Origin: an uncultured Gammaproteobacteria bacterium
GTDB taxonomy: Bacteria > Patescibacteriota > Microgenomatia > Daviesbacterales > UBA10151
Length of the DNA stretch: 64,000 nt
Assembly (NCBI GenBank): GCA_964406775.1
Contig: CAYOSW010000001.1
Location: 10,474 to 74,473, forward strand
Direction of reading: 5' to 3'
The notes beneath the pieces were generated by a model. The model saw nothing but the letters and a program-made list of their open reading frames with translations. It searched no databases and was not told the DNA's origin. The stretch's first letter is position 1. Every line of letters starts with the position of its first letter. Of this stretch, positions 49,024 through 58,040 are shown one piece after another. A program made the position numbers and the translations under genes.

Positions 49024-49929
49024 TTAAGGACAGTGAATCGTTTGTGTTGAAGAGAAAGAGGAATATTGATAGGCTGTCGGATTCGAGACGCTGGAAACGG
49101 CGTATTGGGCATAATAATTGACGCTGTCAGTTAATGTTGTATCCTGAGTTTGACCGCTTTTGGAAATGTCTGCAATATCCGTGTCTCCGCTGGTTGAGCC
49201 GATCTGAAGCCAGTAATATTTCGCGCCCTCAACGGCAGGATAGTTTACGGTTGCCGACCAGGTGTTGTTGCTGTAATGGTTGTTGCAGGTAACGGTTATA
49301 GTGCCGGTTGGTGTGGCCAAAGCGTAACCTACATCAACCTGGAAAACCTGACCGCTTGAAGGCGCTTTAAGCGTATAAGTCGGGGATTTTGCATAATCTA
49401 TATCTGTTCCTCCCGATTTTCCTTTAAGAACCGCAATTAGATCGTAAGTTGTACCGTTTGCTGCGGAAGTCCAGCTCCAATTCTCGCTGTCCTGCGCTTT
49501 AATGCTGTCAACGACAGTCTGAAAATTATTACTCGTATTGTTTTGGCGTGATGTAATAACTATCGAACTGCCCGAAGGCGGGGTTCCGGAGATATCAATA
49601 AGCCCGGAAATATTTGTAACGCCTGCCTGGGATGAACTTTGGTTTGCAACATTATTTTGCAAAACCGTGAAGGAGCCGATTATAGCTTTCGGAGTGGGGG
49701 ATGCTTTCGGTTTACCCGAAGCTTTTACTGATACTGACGGAACGGGAGTTGGTGACGTTACGGCAGTCGGATTTGAAATTTTATTTTCAGGCAATTGGGT
49801 ATTTTGAACAGCCGGCAGATTTAAGGGTGGTTTAAAATTTTGGGGCTGGTAGAGGAAAAGTCTGTAAACTAAAAAAATTGCAGCAAGGGTAATTAAAATG
49901 GCCGAAATTATGGCAGATGTAAACCACAT
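49024..49929 (-). CDS. Paralog of the upstream gene: one repeat module plus the same C-terminal domain, ending 'IHCP'
   Basis: The two C-terminal domains share ~50% identity over ~100 aa ('SNNTW..TVN....YY.LQ.GSTSG...DSV.YYAQYAV.SV.NPT'). Confidence 0.55.
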   Translation of the reverse strand: MWFTSAIISAILITLAAIFLVYRLFLYQPQNFKPPLNLPAVQNTQLPENKISNPTAVTSPTPVPSVSVKASGKPKASPTPKAIIGSFTVLQNNVANQSSSQAGVTNISGLIDISGTPPSGSSIVITSRQNNTSNNFQTVVDSIKAQDSENWSWTSAANGTTYDLIAVLKGKSGGTDIDYAKSPTYTLKAPSSGQVFQVDVGYALATPTGTITVTCNNHYSNNTWSATVNYPAVEGAKYYWLQIGSTSGDTDIADISKSGQTQDTTLTDSVNYYAQYAVSSVSNPTAYQYSSFSSTQTIHCP

Positions 49930-50034
49930 TACTAATTATTAATCTGTAGGAGTTATTTATTCAACTGAATCGGATAAAAATTTAAGGAGAAAAAAGTCAC
50001 ACCCGGGACAAGCCCGGGTGTGCGCTTCTTTTAA

Positions 50035-50304
50035 TTAACGGTCTTCCCTTGGTCTAGCAATATTAACAACGATCTTTCTACCTTCCATATCAGAACCATT
50101 AAGCTTTTCAATAGCTTCTTTGGCTTCTTCCTCATTTTCCATTTCTACGAATCCGAATCCTCTTGAGCGACCTGTCATTCTATCTTTGAGAACAACTGCG
50201 CTAACAACAGAACCGAACTGGGAAAATAAATCTCCTAATTTTTGATCGTCAACTGCCCAGGGAAGGGAACCGACAAATAATTTGGTAATAGTAATCACCG
50301 CCAA
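50035..50304 (-). CDS. RRM-type RNA-binding protein
   Basis: RNP-2 'KLFVGSLPW' and RNP-1 'RGFGFVEM'. Confidence 0.8.
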   Translation of the reverse strand: MAVITITKLFVGSLPWAVDDQKLGDLFSQFGSVVSAVVLKDRMTGRSRGFGFVEMENEEEAKEAIEKLNGSDMEGRKIVVNIARPREDR

Positions 50305-50501
50305 TCTAGGTAAGCTTATGCCTTCTAGACTGACTGTCTAAACAAAGCGCACAAATTTAACACTAGTAAGAATTTTAACGTGCCCATAGTAAAAATGCAA
50401 TATTTGGGTAATTCACTTTTGTTTATCAAAAGCAAGGTTCTGCGAGCGAGCGATAGAATTTTTGATATCGCGAGGCGAAGCAGGTCCTTATTCTTTCAAA
50501 C

Positions 50502-50527
50502 GAAAAACCACGGATGTAAATCCGTGG
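50502..50527 (-). terminator. Intrinsic terminator (CCACGGAU-UUAC-AUCCGUGG + U5) ending a hairpin-rich 3' UTR
   Basis: 8-bp stem and tetraloop followed by TTTTT on the minus strand. Three further GC hairpins lie at 50541-50599. Confidence 0.55.
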
Positions 50528-50615
50528 ATGAAGTTTGTTTCGCCAGAAGGCGAATCTCGCCGAAGGCGAGCAAGAAGAGAAACTACGGGCGAAGCGTAGC
50601 GGAGTCCGTAGAGGC

Positions 50616-51146
50616 TCATTTTGCTTCGGAGATTTGGAGGACTAAACCGAGAACCATTTCGTTAACGTCGCCTTTTTGATCATCAGGAAATTGAGTCGCC
50701 AGATATGTTAATGCCTCCTGCTGTTTCTCTAAAGATTTACCTAATTTTAGAGTCAGTTCGTTAGCATCCGCTTTTTCTTCCCGTGCTTTTTTCTGGAGTT
50801 TAACTGCTTCTTCCCGGTTTGATTTATTTAATTTTAAAGACTTTAAAGCGTTGGAGTAGTCTTTATCTTCTACCAGTTTGGTCGCTTCAACCAATCTTTT
50901 TTCTGATAGCTCAATTTCGTATCCCGCTTTATTTAAGTTACCGAACGTAAACATTCCGCTTAAACCCTCTTTTAGCTGTTTGGCCCAAAACATACCATCC
51001 GCGACAGTAGTTCCGGGTACGATAGGCCAGAAAAGAGCATAAACATCGACCTTATCATTTTCATTTTGTGCGAGGATCGCAGAGGGTGTAAAAAGGATGT
51101 TCAGTACAAAAAGGAAAACTAATAAGCAGGATACTATTTTTTTCAC
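50616..51146 (-). CDS. Secreted hypothetical protein (176 aa), Lys/Glu-rich
   Basis: Signal peptide 'MKKIVSCLLVFLFVLNILFTPSAILA'. Confidence 0.5.
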   Translation of the reverse strand: MKKIVSCLLVFLFVLNILFTPSAILAQNENDKVDVYALFWPIVPGTTVADGMFWAKQLKEGLSGMFTFGNLNKAGYEIELSEKRLVEATKLVEDKDYSNALKSLKLNKSNREEAVKLQKKAREEKADANELTLKLGKSLEKQQEALTYLATQFPDDQKGDVNEMVLGLVLQISEAK

Positions 51147-51188
51147 TTAAGTTTATATAACAATCTTAAGAACCGTCTGTCAAGCTAA

Positions 51189-51452
51189 CTATTGGGGCTG
51201 ACAAACTGCCAGTCTGTTTCTGGGGAAAGTCAGGAGTATGCCCTCTCCCGGCGCGTCATTCCGGGTGGGGACTAGAGGTATTCTATCGGTTAAGTATCTG
51301 AGACTGCTGCATCTGCGCGGTTCATCCGGCTCGGGAATACGCAAATCGGCATCGCCGAAAACAAACGGTGCCTCGAGTCTTCTTTTGTCTTCTATTTCGG
51401 CGCGGGTCTGTCTTACCCACAACGGCTCACTAAGATCAAGTAATATACCCAT
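51189..51452 (-). CDS. Possible small protein (87 aa) in a G+C-rich intergenic island
   Basis: ORF only. An overlapping plus-strand ORF also exists, so coding status is uncertain. Confidence 0.2.
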   Translation of the reverse strand: MGILLDLSEPLWVRQTRAEIEDKRRLEAPFVFGDADLRIPEPDEPRRCSSLRYLTDRIPLVPTRNDAPGEGILLTFPRNRLAVCQPQ

Positions 51453-51536
51453 AGTTATTATTTGAAATTCAAACTATCGGATATTACTAAGAATTAAAGT
51501 AGCCGGCTGGACAAAATCCGTACAATTTTAAAAAAA

Positions 51537-53318
51537 TTAGCGGGTGCCGTTTAGGTTTATTTTGCGGATGCGTATATTTTTCGGAGTAACTTCTACTAAT
51601 TCCGTATCGTCAATATATTCCAGCGAATCCTCAAGATCCATTAATTTCGGAGCGTTAAAATGCTCGGAAACCCCCTCACCTGAGGAGCGGTGGTTAGTCT
51701 GCTGTTTTTCTTTACAAACATTCACGCTCATATCGCCGGTGCGGGCATTTGAACCGACTACTTGCCCTTTATAAACAGGAACATTCGGTCCGATAAACAA
51801 AGTTCCGCGCGATTGAATTCCCGTTAAACCGTGAAGCTTAGTTGATCCTGTTTCGTGAACGACCAAAGATCCGTAATCCCTGGTAAATCCGGCTCCCGAG
51901 TCAGGTTTAAAATCCTCAAAAATCGTGTTCATAAGTCCCAGACCCTTGGTATCGGTAATAAATTGGCTTCTGAATCCGAAAAGTTCGCGGGTCGGAATTA
52001 CGTACTCAATATCAACAATTCCGCCCTCGTTTTTCATATTGATTAACGTAGCGTGTCTTTGACCTAATTTTTGGATGATTGTTCCTGAAAATTCTTCAGG
52101 GGTTTCGATAAATAATCTTTCGTACGGAGCAACTGTAACGCCATCTACTACTTTAGTGATAACCTGAGGGCGTGATACCTGGAACTCGTATCCTTCCCGG
52201 CGCATTCTTTCGATTAAGATCGCAAGATGGAGTTCTCCGCGCCCCGAAACGATCCAATCCGTATTCGGTCCATTCTCGATTCTCAACGCAACGTCGGTTT
52301 CAAGTTCTTTATAAAGGCGTTCCTGGATTTGTCTGGTTGTTTTAAACTCTCCTTCTCGTCCAGCGAAGGGGGAAGTATTAACCGAAAAAACCATTCTTAT
52401 TGTGGGTTCTTCTATATCAAGAAGAGGTAAAGCGGAGGGAGTATTCGGATCGGCAATTGTTTCACCGATAGTAACATCAGGAATTCCTGCAACAGCAACA
52501 ATATCTCCGGCTTGGGCATCTTTTGCCTCAACTCTTTGTAATCCTTCAAAGCTCAAAAGAGAAGTAACCCGGTATTTTTTTTGTTCACCGCTTCGGTTGA
52601 TATGAGTAATATCCTGTCCCTGGGAAATTCTTCCATTATAAACCCGGCCTGTAGCAATACGGCCTTTAAAGTTATCCGCCGAAATTGAGGTTACTAAAAT
52701 CTGTAATGGTTTTTCCGGATCTCCGTAAGGCTCGGGAATTTCCTTCATAATTTCTTCAAAAACCGGAGTAATGTCGGTCATTTTATTAATATCCGGTTCT
52801 TTTCCGGCTTTTCCAAGCTTGCCCGAAGAATAAATAACGGGAAAGTAAGCTGTCTCCTCATCCGCTCCTAAATCGATAAACAGATCAAATGTTTTATTTA
52901 AAACATATTCAATTCTTGCATCGGCTTTGTCTATTTTATTTACAACCACAATGACTTTGAGACCCATCTGCAAAGCCTGCTTTAAAACAAACCGGGTTTG
53001 GGGCATCGGACCTTCTTTTGCATCAATCAGTAAAAGACAGCCGTCAGCCATCTTTAAAACACGTTCAACTTCTCCGCCAAAATCCGCGTGGCCCGGGGTG
53101 TCGATAATGTTAATTTTTGTCCCGTTGTAGTTTACTGAAGCATTTTTGGAAAAAATTGTGATTCCGCGTTCTTTTTCTAACTCGTTAGAATCCATAATCA
53201 GATCCGTTCCGACGAGCTCTTTATCCATTTTTGTCTGGGTCTGGGTAAGCAAAGCGTCAACAAGAGTAGTCTTGCCGTGGTCAACGTGAGCAATAATAGC
53301 GATATTTCTAATGTTCAT
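51537..53318 (-). CDS. typA: Translational GTPase TypA/BipA
   Basis: 'MNIRNIAIIAHVDHGKTTLVDALL'. EF-G-like domains. 593 aa. Confidence 0.9.
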   Translation of the reverse strand: MNIRNIAIIAHVDHGKTTLVDALLTQTQTKMDKELVGTDLIMDSNELEKERGITIFSKNASVNYNGTKINIIDTPGHADFGGEVERVLKMADGCLLLIDAKEGPMPQTRFVLKQALQMGLKVIVVVNKIDKADARIEYVLNKTFDLFIDLGADEETAYFPVIYSSGKLGKAGKEPDINKMTDITPVFEEIMKEIPEPYGDPEKPLQILVTSISADNFKGRIATGRVYNGRISQGQDITHINRSGEQKKYRVTSLLSFEGLQRVEAKDAQAGDIVAVAGIPDVTIGETIADPNTPSALPLLDIEEPTIRMVFSVNTSPFAGREGEFKTTRQIQERLYKELETDVALRIENGPNTDWIVSGRGELHLAILIERMRREGYEFQVSRPQVITKVVDGVTVAPYERLFIETPEEFSGTIIQKLGQRHATLINMKNEGGIVDIEYVIPTRELFGFRSQFITDTKGLGLMNTIFEDFKPDSGAGFTRDYGSLVVHETGSTKLHGLTGIQSRGTLFIGPNVPVYKGQVVGSNARTGDMSVNVCKEKQQTNHRSSGEGVSEHFNAPKLMDLEDSLEYIDDTELVEVTPKNIRIRKINLNGTR

Positions 53319-53380
53319 ATTATTTTGTAATATCGCAGAGATTTGCTGTGCAAATCTGGAGCAATATTCCTAATGTTCAT
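53319..53380 (-). promoter_or_regulatory. 21-codon upstream ORF (MNIRNIAPDLHSKSLRYYKII) made by duplicating the typA start; its TGA overlaps the typA ATG (ATGA)
   Basis: A 19/20-nt direct repeat 'aatatt(c/t)ctaatgttcat' at 53361-53380 and 53299-53318. The upstream-ORF frame was read by hand. Confidence 0.3.
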
Positions 53381-53484
53381 TTTTTAGCCGAACGGTTATT
53401 ATACCTTATTCAGAAAGCGAATGATAGAGCTATAGGATAAAAACGTAACTTTACACATAAAAACCTATAGTATATAATATAAAT

Positions 53485-53868
53485 ATGATTGAGATTTATC
53501 AATCCATTGGAAGATTTAATTTGAGCTTTTGGACATCTCCCTTTTCTGGAGAAGCGAGGGCTCGTGAAGCCGCAATAAAACTTGCTAACTATCAAATGGT
53601 GAATACAGTTCCGGCAGTTGTCGATAGCATCCGCGAACATGAATTAGAACATGCTTTAGCAGACGAGATGATGATAGTTGGTGAAGCTGAAGGGCTGTTT
53701 GTAGCTCAGTTCTTTGGAGTGAAGATTGGTCATTTTTTTCATACAGCTTTTATGCAGCAGGGATATGGACCTTTGGGATTCCGGACGAGGGATCAGTTAA
53801 GAACTATTGCTGCAGGCCCTGCTAAATTGTCTCCCGCGGACAGATACGATCTTTGGAGGCTCAGGTAG
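53485..53868 (+). CDS. Hypothetical protein (127 aa)
   Basis: ORF only. G+C above its surroundings. Confidence 0.4.
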   Translation: MIEIYQSIGRFNLSFWTSPFSGEARAREAAIKLANYQMVNTVPAVVDSIREHELEHALADEMMIVGEAEGLFVAQFFGVKIGHFFHTAFMQQGYGPLGFRTRDQLRTIAAGPAKLSPADRYDLWRLR

Positions 53869-53888
53869 TTTTTGTACGTTAATAAGAA

Positions 53889-54554
53889 TTAACTTTCCTT
53901 AGATTGCCTGTAAAAATAGGTTTCTTTGCTTCTTTTTCCGGCCACGCTATTGATCTCTTTAAGAACACGGAAGGGTAAGTAGTCTCCGTTTACTCCTTCG
54001 CAGGCGATAACCTCGCCCCTTCTGGTCATAATCCATTCGGCAAGTAATGCGTAGTCCAGCTGTGAGCTTCCGAATCGGTAGCCCATTCCCGGTTCTCCGC
54101 GGTATGGAGGGTCGACAAACCAGGTAGCCTCGACATCAGGAGCCTCCGTGTAGTCGCCGGTAAGAATCCGCCAGTTTTTTACTTTATGAATATTTTCGGA
54201 CATAAACCTTTTGCTTGCTTCCCATTTACGCGCGATAACGGGGGTAATTAAGGTGCTTTTCCGGCAGTAATCCATTTTACTGACACCGTGGACTATAGTT
54301 AGAAACTCCGAGCTTCTCTCGCCAGGCGTTAATACAGGTAAGTCTCTTATCGTATCAGCAGTTGCCTCACCGATCAGCCACTCCCAAACAGCCGCCATTC
54401 TTTCATCCTTTTCAACCAGTAAAACGTCTCTCTGCCAATTATCGCCATAAAGAGCATAAGACGCCGCACCGGCAAATGGTTCAATAATTCTGTCCAGAGT
54501 AGGCTGAGGATAATAACGGGCAAGTCTTTTCTTACGCCCGTAGTAATAAATCAT
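53889..54554 (-). CDS. Solitary Dam-like N6-adenine DNA methyltransferase (D12 class), short
   Basis: Motif I 'IIEPFAGAASYAL' (cf. Dam 'VEPFVGAGSV'). Motif IV 'FVDPPY'. 221 aa. No adjacent endonuclease candidate. Confidence 0.7.
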   Translation of the reverse strand: MIYYYGRKKRLARYYPQPTLDRIIEPFAGAASYALYGDNWQRDVLLVEKDERMAAVWEWLIGEATADTIRDLPVLTPGERSSEFLTIVHGVSKMDYCRKSTLITPVIARKWEASKRFMSENIHKVKNWRILTGDYTEAPDVEATWFVDPPYRGEPGMGYRFGSSQLDYALLAEWIMTRRGEVIACEGVNGDYLPFRVLKEINSVAGKRSKETYFYRQSKES

Positions 54555-54681
54555 AGCTACTAATTATATCAATTAAACTATAGGATTCAAAATTAACTTG
54601 TTTGGGATAATTTTAGATCTGAGGAGACTTAAATTTATCTAAAACTTGTATTAGCCGTATTTTTTTGGAATACTTAGATCA

Positions 54682-55278
54682 ATGCCCCGGAAAAAGAAAG
54701 AAAGCCAACCGCAAGTTAAAAAATTCTCCTCTAAAAAGCTCTGGGTAGTTTTGGCCGTCATTCTATTAATATTTCTCGTAATTCTTGTTAAGACAGGCCA
54801 TAAAAGAAGTTCTTACAAGATGTCCGGATCTCAAAAGGCTGTAAGTTTTGATATAGGGAACAAGACAATAACTTTAAATAACGAACAAATTTCCTTTTAT
54901 AACGGTCTTCATAAAAGCATTAACAATTCATACGGACAGCATATGGCTGAGATATCCGGTAAAAATATAAGCCCCGACGGCACCAGATTTGCGGCGATTT
55001 TAACTGATTCTCCGGGAGGGTCGGGGACTTTTTATTATCTGATCGGCGGAATGTTAAAAGACGGAAAGGAAATCTACTCAAAGCCTATCCTGCTCGGAGA
55101 CAGAATTAATATTGAATCCGTGGAGGTCTCTGATCCGGGCCGTGAGGATAGCGGCTTGATTGAAGTTAAATATTTAGACAGACCTGCGGGTGCGCCGATG
55201 GCGGCTGAACCGACGGTTGAATCTTTATCAAAATTCGGTTTTGACGGGAACGGAAATCTGACTAATATTTTATACTAG
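54682..55278 (+). CDS. Membrane-anchored hypothetical protein (198 aa)
   Basis: Lys-rich N-terminus followed by TM 'LWVVLAVILLIFLVILV'. Confidence 0.45.
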   Translation: MPRKKKESQPQVKKFSSKKLWVVLAVILLIFLVILVKTGHKRSSYKMSGSQKAVSFDIGNKTITLNNEQISFYNGLHKSINNSYGQHMAEISGKNISPDGTRFAAILTDSPGGSGTFYYLIGGMLKDGKEIYSKPILLGDRINIESVEVSDPGREDSGLIEVKYLDRPAGAPMAAEPTVESLSKFGFDGNGNLTNILY

Positions 55279-55290
55279 CTCCCATCAATT

Positions 55291-56022
55291 ATGCAGGAAC
55301 CGACACACGAAGCAGAAGTTCTTCCCAGAATGGTTGAGATTGCCCAGACAAAAAGGGCGGTACAGGAGTTAATTTCAACTGAACGCTTTCAAAGAGCGGT
55401 TACAGCTCACAGATTGGTTGATATGAGCAGTCACTCAGTCGATCTTTATAGGCATTTTCCCGATTATGCTCCGCCTGAGGGAGTTCTACAGCAGCTTGAA
55501 CGGGCAACAGGCGGGAGGATTTACACTTTTACGGAGGACCAGCGGAATGAGTTTATGAGAGAAATGTTTGGCGTCGGGGATTCGATCCGTTCGGCCTGGA
55601 TGTTTGCCGCAGCTCTCGATTCAGCAGGAAATTATCATACAACAGTAGGTCACCCAATCCGCAGTTTCACTCATCCCGGCGAGGCTCCGGGAAAAGAATT
55701 AAGCTTTCACTCTATGCGCGGGATGTTTATAAAGCTTGGCGGTAAATTTGATGGTGTTGAGGTTATGCAGCTTGACGCGGGCGATAGCCGTCAGCTCTTT
55801 GATCTAACCCCGAGGCAGGAGCTTTACGATAAGATGGTCGGGAGTATGGCCGGGGAGGAGGCTAATCCTTATTCGGGTGCGGGGTGGCTCGATCATTTAG
55901 GTGCAAGAAGAAGCCCGTTGCTTATAATCTGTAATGAAAAATTTAAGATTGAGGACGCGGTTGATATAAACAGGCATTTAAAAAGAATAAACCGCCAGCC
56001 CTTACCGCCCCCTCAAAAATAA
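55291..56022 (+). CDS. Hypothetical protein (243 aa), G+C-rich
   Basis: ORF only. Confidence 0.45.
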   Translation: MQEPTHEAEVLPRMVEIAQTKRAVQELISTERFQRAVTAHRLVDMSSHSVDLYRHFPDYAPPEGVLQQLERATGGRIYTFTEDQRNEFMREMFGVGDSIRSAWMFAAALDSAGNYHTTVGHPIRSFTHPGEAPGKELSFHSMRGMFIKLGGKFDGVEVMQLDAGDSRQLFDLTPRQELYDKMVGSMAGEEANPYSGAGWLDHLGARRSPLLIICNEKFKIEDAVDINRHLKRINRQPLPPPQK

Positions 56023-56023
56023 T

Positions 56024-56986
56024 TCACCGTTTAATTATTCTGTCCTGAGTCTTTACCCAATTATTGCCGCCTTCGTGATGGAAGCGCTTAACCCGGGGCG
56101 GCGCGGCATCAACCATTGGTCTGTAGACTGTTGCGAGTTTTAACCCTCTCTCTGCCTGGTGTTCAAAATAATATTTTATCGGTGCTCTGTGACCGTCTCC
56201 TTCCACAGCGGTAATTTTAGGATCAAGTTCGCCTGCATCGGCTAAAGTTGTAAAGATAAGTGAAAAGGCGGCGTTCTGATAGTCCGCCATATCGGCCAAT
56301 GTGACAGTTAACGGGTTCGGATGGCTGATTGAGGCGGATGTCTGAAGCCTCTGACGTTCCTGCTGGTCTCCCAGAGCCAGACTTCCTGCCACTGCTAAAC
56401 CTGCAAGGCCCGCCGCTCCGGCAAAAAATGTTCTTCGGCTGAATCCTTTTTGTCTGATGGCCTGTTCTCCCGCAGAATAAAGAGTTTTTACTCCCTGAAT
56501 TGCAGGTACTGCCTCAAGTCCGATGAATCTGACGATCGGGTAGGCGAACCCCAGCTTGCTCAGTTTATCTGTTGATTCTGCCTCATCAGGCGAAATACTG
56601 TAAGGATTCATAACTAAAATATCTTTGCCTAATTCTCCGGCAATTTGCTCAAGGGAGGCAAAAAAATCGATATCTTCCCGAAGCTCCTCAAGTCTTCGTC
56701 TGATTTGATCCGGAGACGTTCCTGAAATTTCGTGCTGAGCCTGGATTATTGCTTCGGAAATACTGCCGTCGGGTGTCAGAAACCCTTCAGCCCTCGGAGC
56801 AAATTCCAAAAGTACCGCACCGCTTTGACTGAACTGATCTCTGAACTCCTGTTCGTGAGCCCGGAAAGTAGGCATCCGGTGCTGTACGCCCATAAATTCC
56901 AGAGAAACGCCTTTATATCCCCAGGATTCCCGGGCTAGATACGGTTCATTCTCTTTTAAAGGCTGTTCTTTAGATCCTTCAGACAC
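56024..56986 (-). CDS. Hypothetical protein (320 aa) with an internal twin-arginine-like motif
   Basis: 'GFSRRTFFAGAAGLAGLAVAGSLALG' at residue ~190 looks like a Tat signal. This could be two fused genes or an over-extended start. Confidence 0.4.
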   Translation of the reverse strand: MSEGSKEQPLKENEPYLARESWGYKGVSLEFMGVQHRMPTFRAHEQEFRDQFSQSGAVLLEFAPRAEGFLTPDGSISEAIIQAQHEISGTSPDQIRRRLEELREDIDFFASLEQIAGELGKDILVMNPYSISPDEAESTDKLSKLGFAYPIVRFIGLEAVPAIQGVKTLYSAGEQAIRQKGFSRRTFFAGAAGLAGLAVAGSLALGDQQERQRLQTSASISHPNPLTVTLADMADYQNAAFSLIFTTLADAGELDPKITAVEGDGHRAPIKYYFEHQAERGLKLATVYRPMVDAAPPRVKRFHHEGGNNWVKTQDRIIKR

Positions 56987-57049
56987 AGAATAATTATATC
57001 AAGATGAAGTCCTTAAGTATTAACAGAAACGAGCAGTAATCGAAAATTT

Positions 57050-57493
57050 TTATCCTAAAACTTTTTGCTCTTTTAAGATTTGAATAATTTTTCCCCGTGT
57101 GCCGAGAATCCGGCCGATCATAATTCCGGCCAATACAGCAAAACCTGCAGTGCTTACCTGAATATCGTGTGTAAAATATCCGACGATGCGTTCCCGGAAC
57201 AGCTCAAATAAGATATACAAACCAAGAACTACGCCTCCGAAGATATCGAGACGGCTCACAACTTTTTTAGCATCCTTATCCCAGGAGGTATGAAACATCC
57301 TCGAAGTTATTATTCCTAAAATAATTCCTGCAATCAGACCGGATATGCCGTATTCCAGTCTTAAAGCACCCCTCAAAACATTGTAAATAAGAATACAGAA
57401 AAGAACGGAAGAAATTATAAAATACAACCGGAGTCTGAAACGCAGCCTTTTATCTATGTGATGAGAATGGTTCCGGATGGATTGAGGCTTCAC
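57050..57493 (-). CDS. Hypothetical integral membrane protein (147 aa)
   Basis: Four predicted TM helices. Confidence 0.45.
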   Translation of the reverse strand: MKPQSIRNHSHHIDKRLRFRLRLYFIISSVLFCILIYNVLRGALRLEYGISGLIAGIILGIITSRMFHTSWDKDAKKVVSRLDIFGGVVLGLYILFELFRERIVGYFTHDIQVSTAGFAVLAGIMIGRILGTRGKIIQILKEQKVLG

Positions 57494-57612
57494 TGATTAC
57501 AGTTTAACAGAATCCGAAAAAAGAAAATTAAATTAAAAACCTTATCAATAATATTATCCATCAGGGACAATACGCACTTTTGATACGCAAAAGCCTAACC
57601 CTGAAACACGAG

Positions 57613-57684
57613 TGAACCGGGTGGGATTCGAACCCACGGCCTTATCCTTAAGAGGGATTTGCTCTACCACTGAGCTACCGGTCC
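57613..57684 (-). tRNA. tRNA-Lys (anticodon CUU), no CCA encoded
   Basis: Hand-folded. Acceptor GGACCGG/CCGGUUC. D-arm GCUC-AGUGGUA-GAGC. Anticodon loop CUCUUAA. T-arm GUGGG-UUCGAAU-CCCAC. Confidence 0.75.
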
Positions 57685-57727
57685 TCAAAACCGATAAATT
57701 ATAACCAATTTATGAAGAAATTTCGAA

Positions 57728-57964
57728 TCAGTCCAGTCCCCGGCGTTTTTTCTCGGCTGACATAACCTGGTCGGCAATGTTTAATTCCTGCGGATGCTCG
57801 CCGTCATCTCCTTTATATAATCCCATCTCGTGCGCATTTTCCAACATATCATCATCAGATTCTAAATCCGGAACACTGCCGCTGATTGCTCCTTCTCCAG
57901 CCTGAGCGGGCGTAACTGACTCCTGATGTTTTTTATCATCACCTAAGTGAGTGTTTTTGGCCAT
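57728..57964 (-). CDS. Small acidic hypothetical protein (78 aa)
   Basis: ORF only. Confidence 0.35.
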   Translation of the reverse strand: MAKNTHLGDDKKHQESVTPAQAGEGAISGSVPDLESDDDMLENAHEMGLYKGDDGEHPQELNIADQVMSAEKKRRGLD

Positions 57965-58040
57965 TAATTATCACCTCCTGCGTTTTGAGTTTAGTATAAA
58001 GACGGAAATAATACCATTATGACAGTGTTAATATTTATAT

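Noticed and set aside
47533-49929. CRISPR array or DNA-level tandem repeat
   Set aside because: Repetition is at the protein-domain level, with diverged modules. No short regularly spaced direct repeats were seen anywhere in the window.
50380-50679. 99-aa plus-strand ORF in the hairpin-rich spacer
   Set aside because: It runs through stacked terminator hairpins and into the antisense of the 176-aa gene. It is low complexity.
51238-51465. 75-aa plus-strand ORF overlapping the 87-aa minus ORF
   Set aside because: Mutually exclusive with the minus-strand ORF. Neither has supporting signals, and only the minus one is listed, at low confidence.
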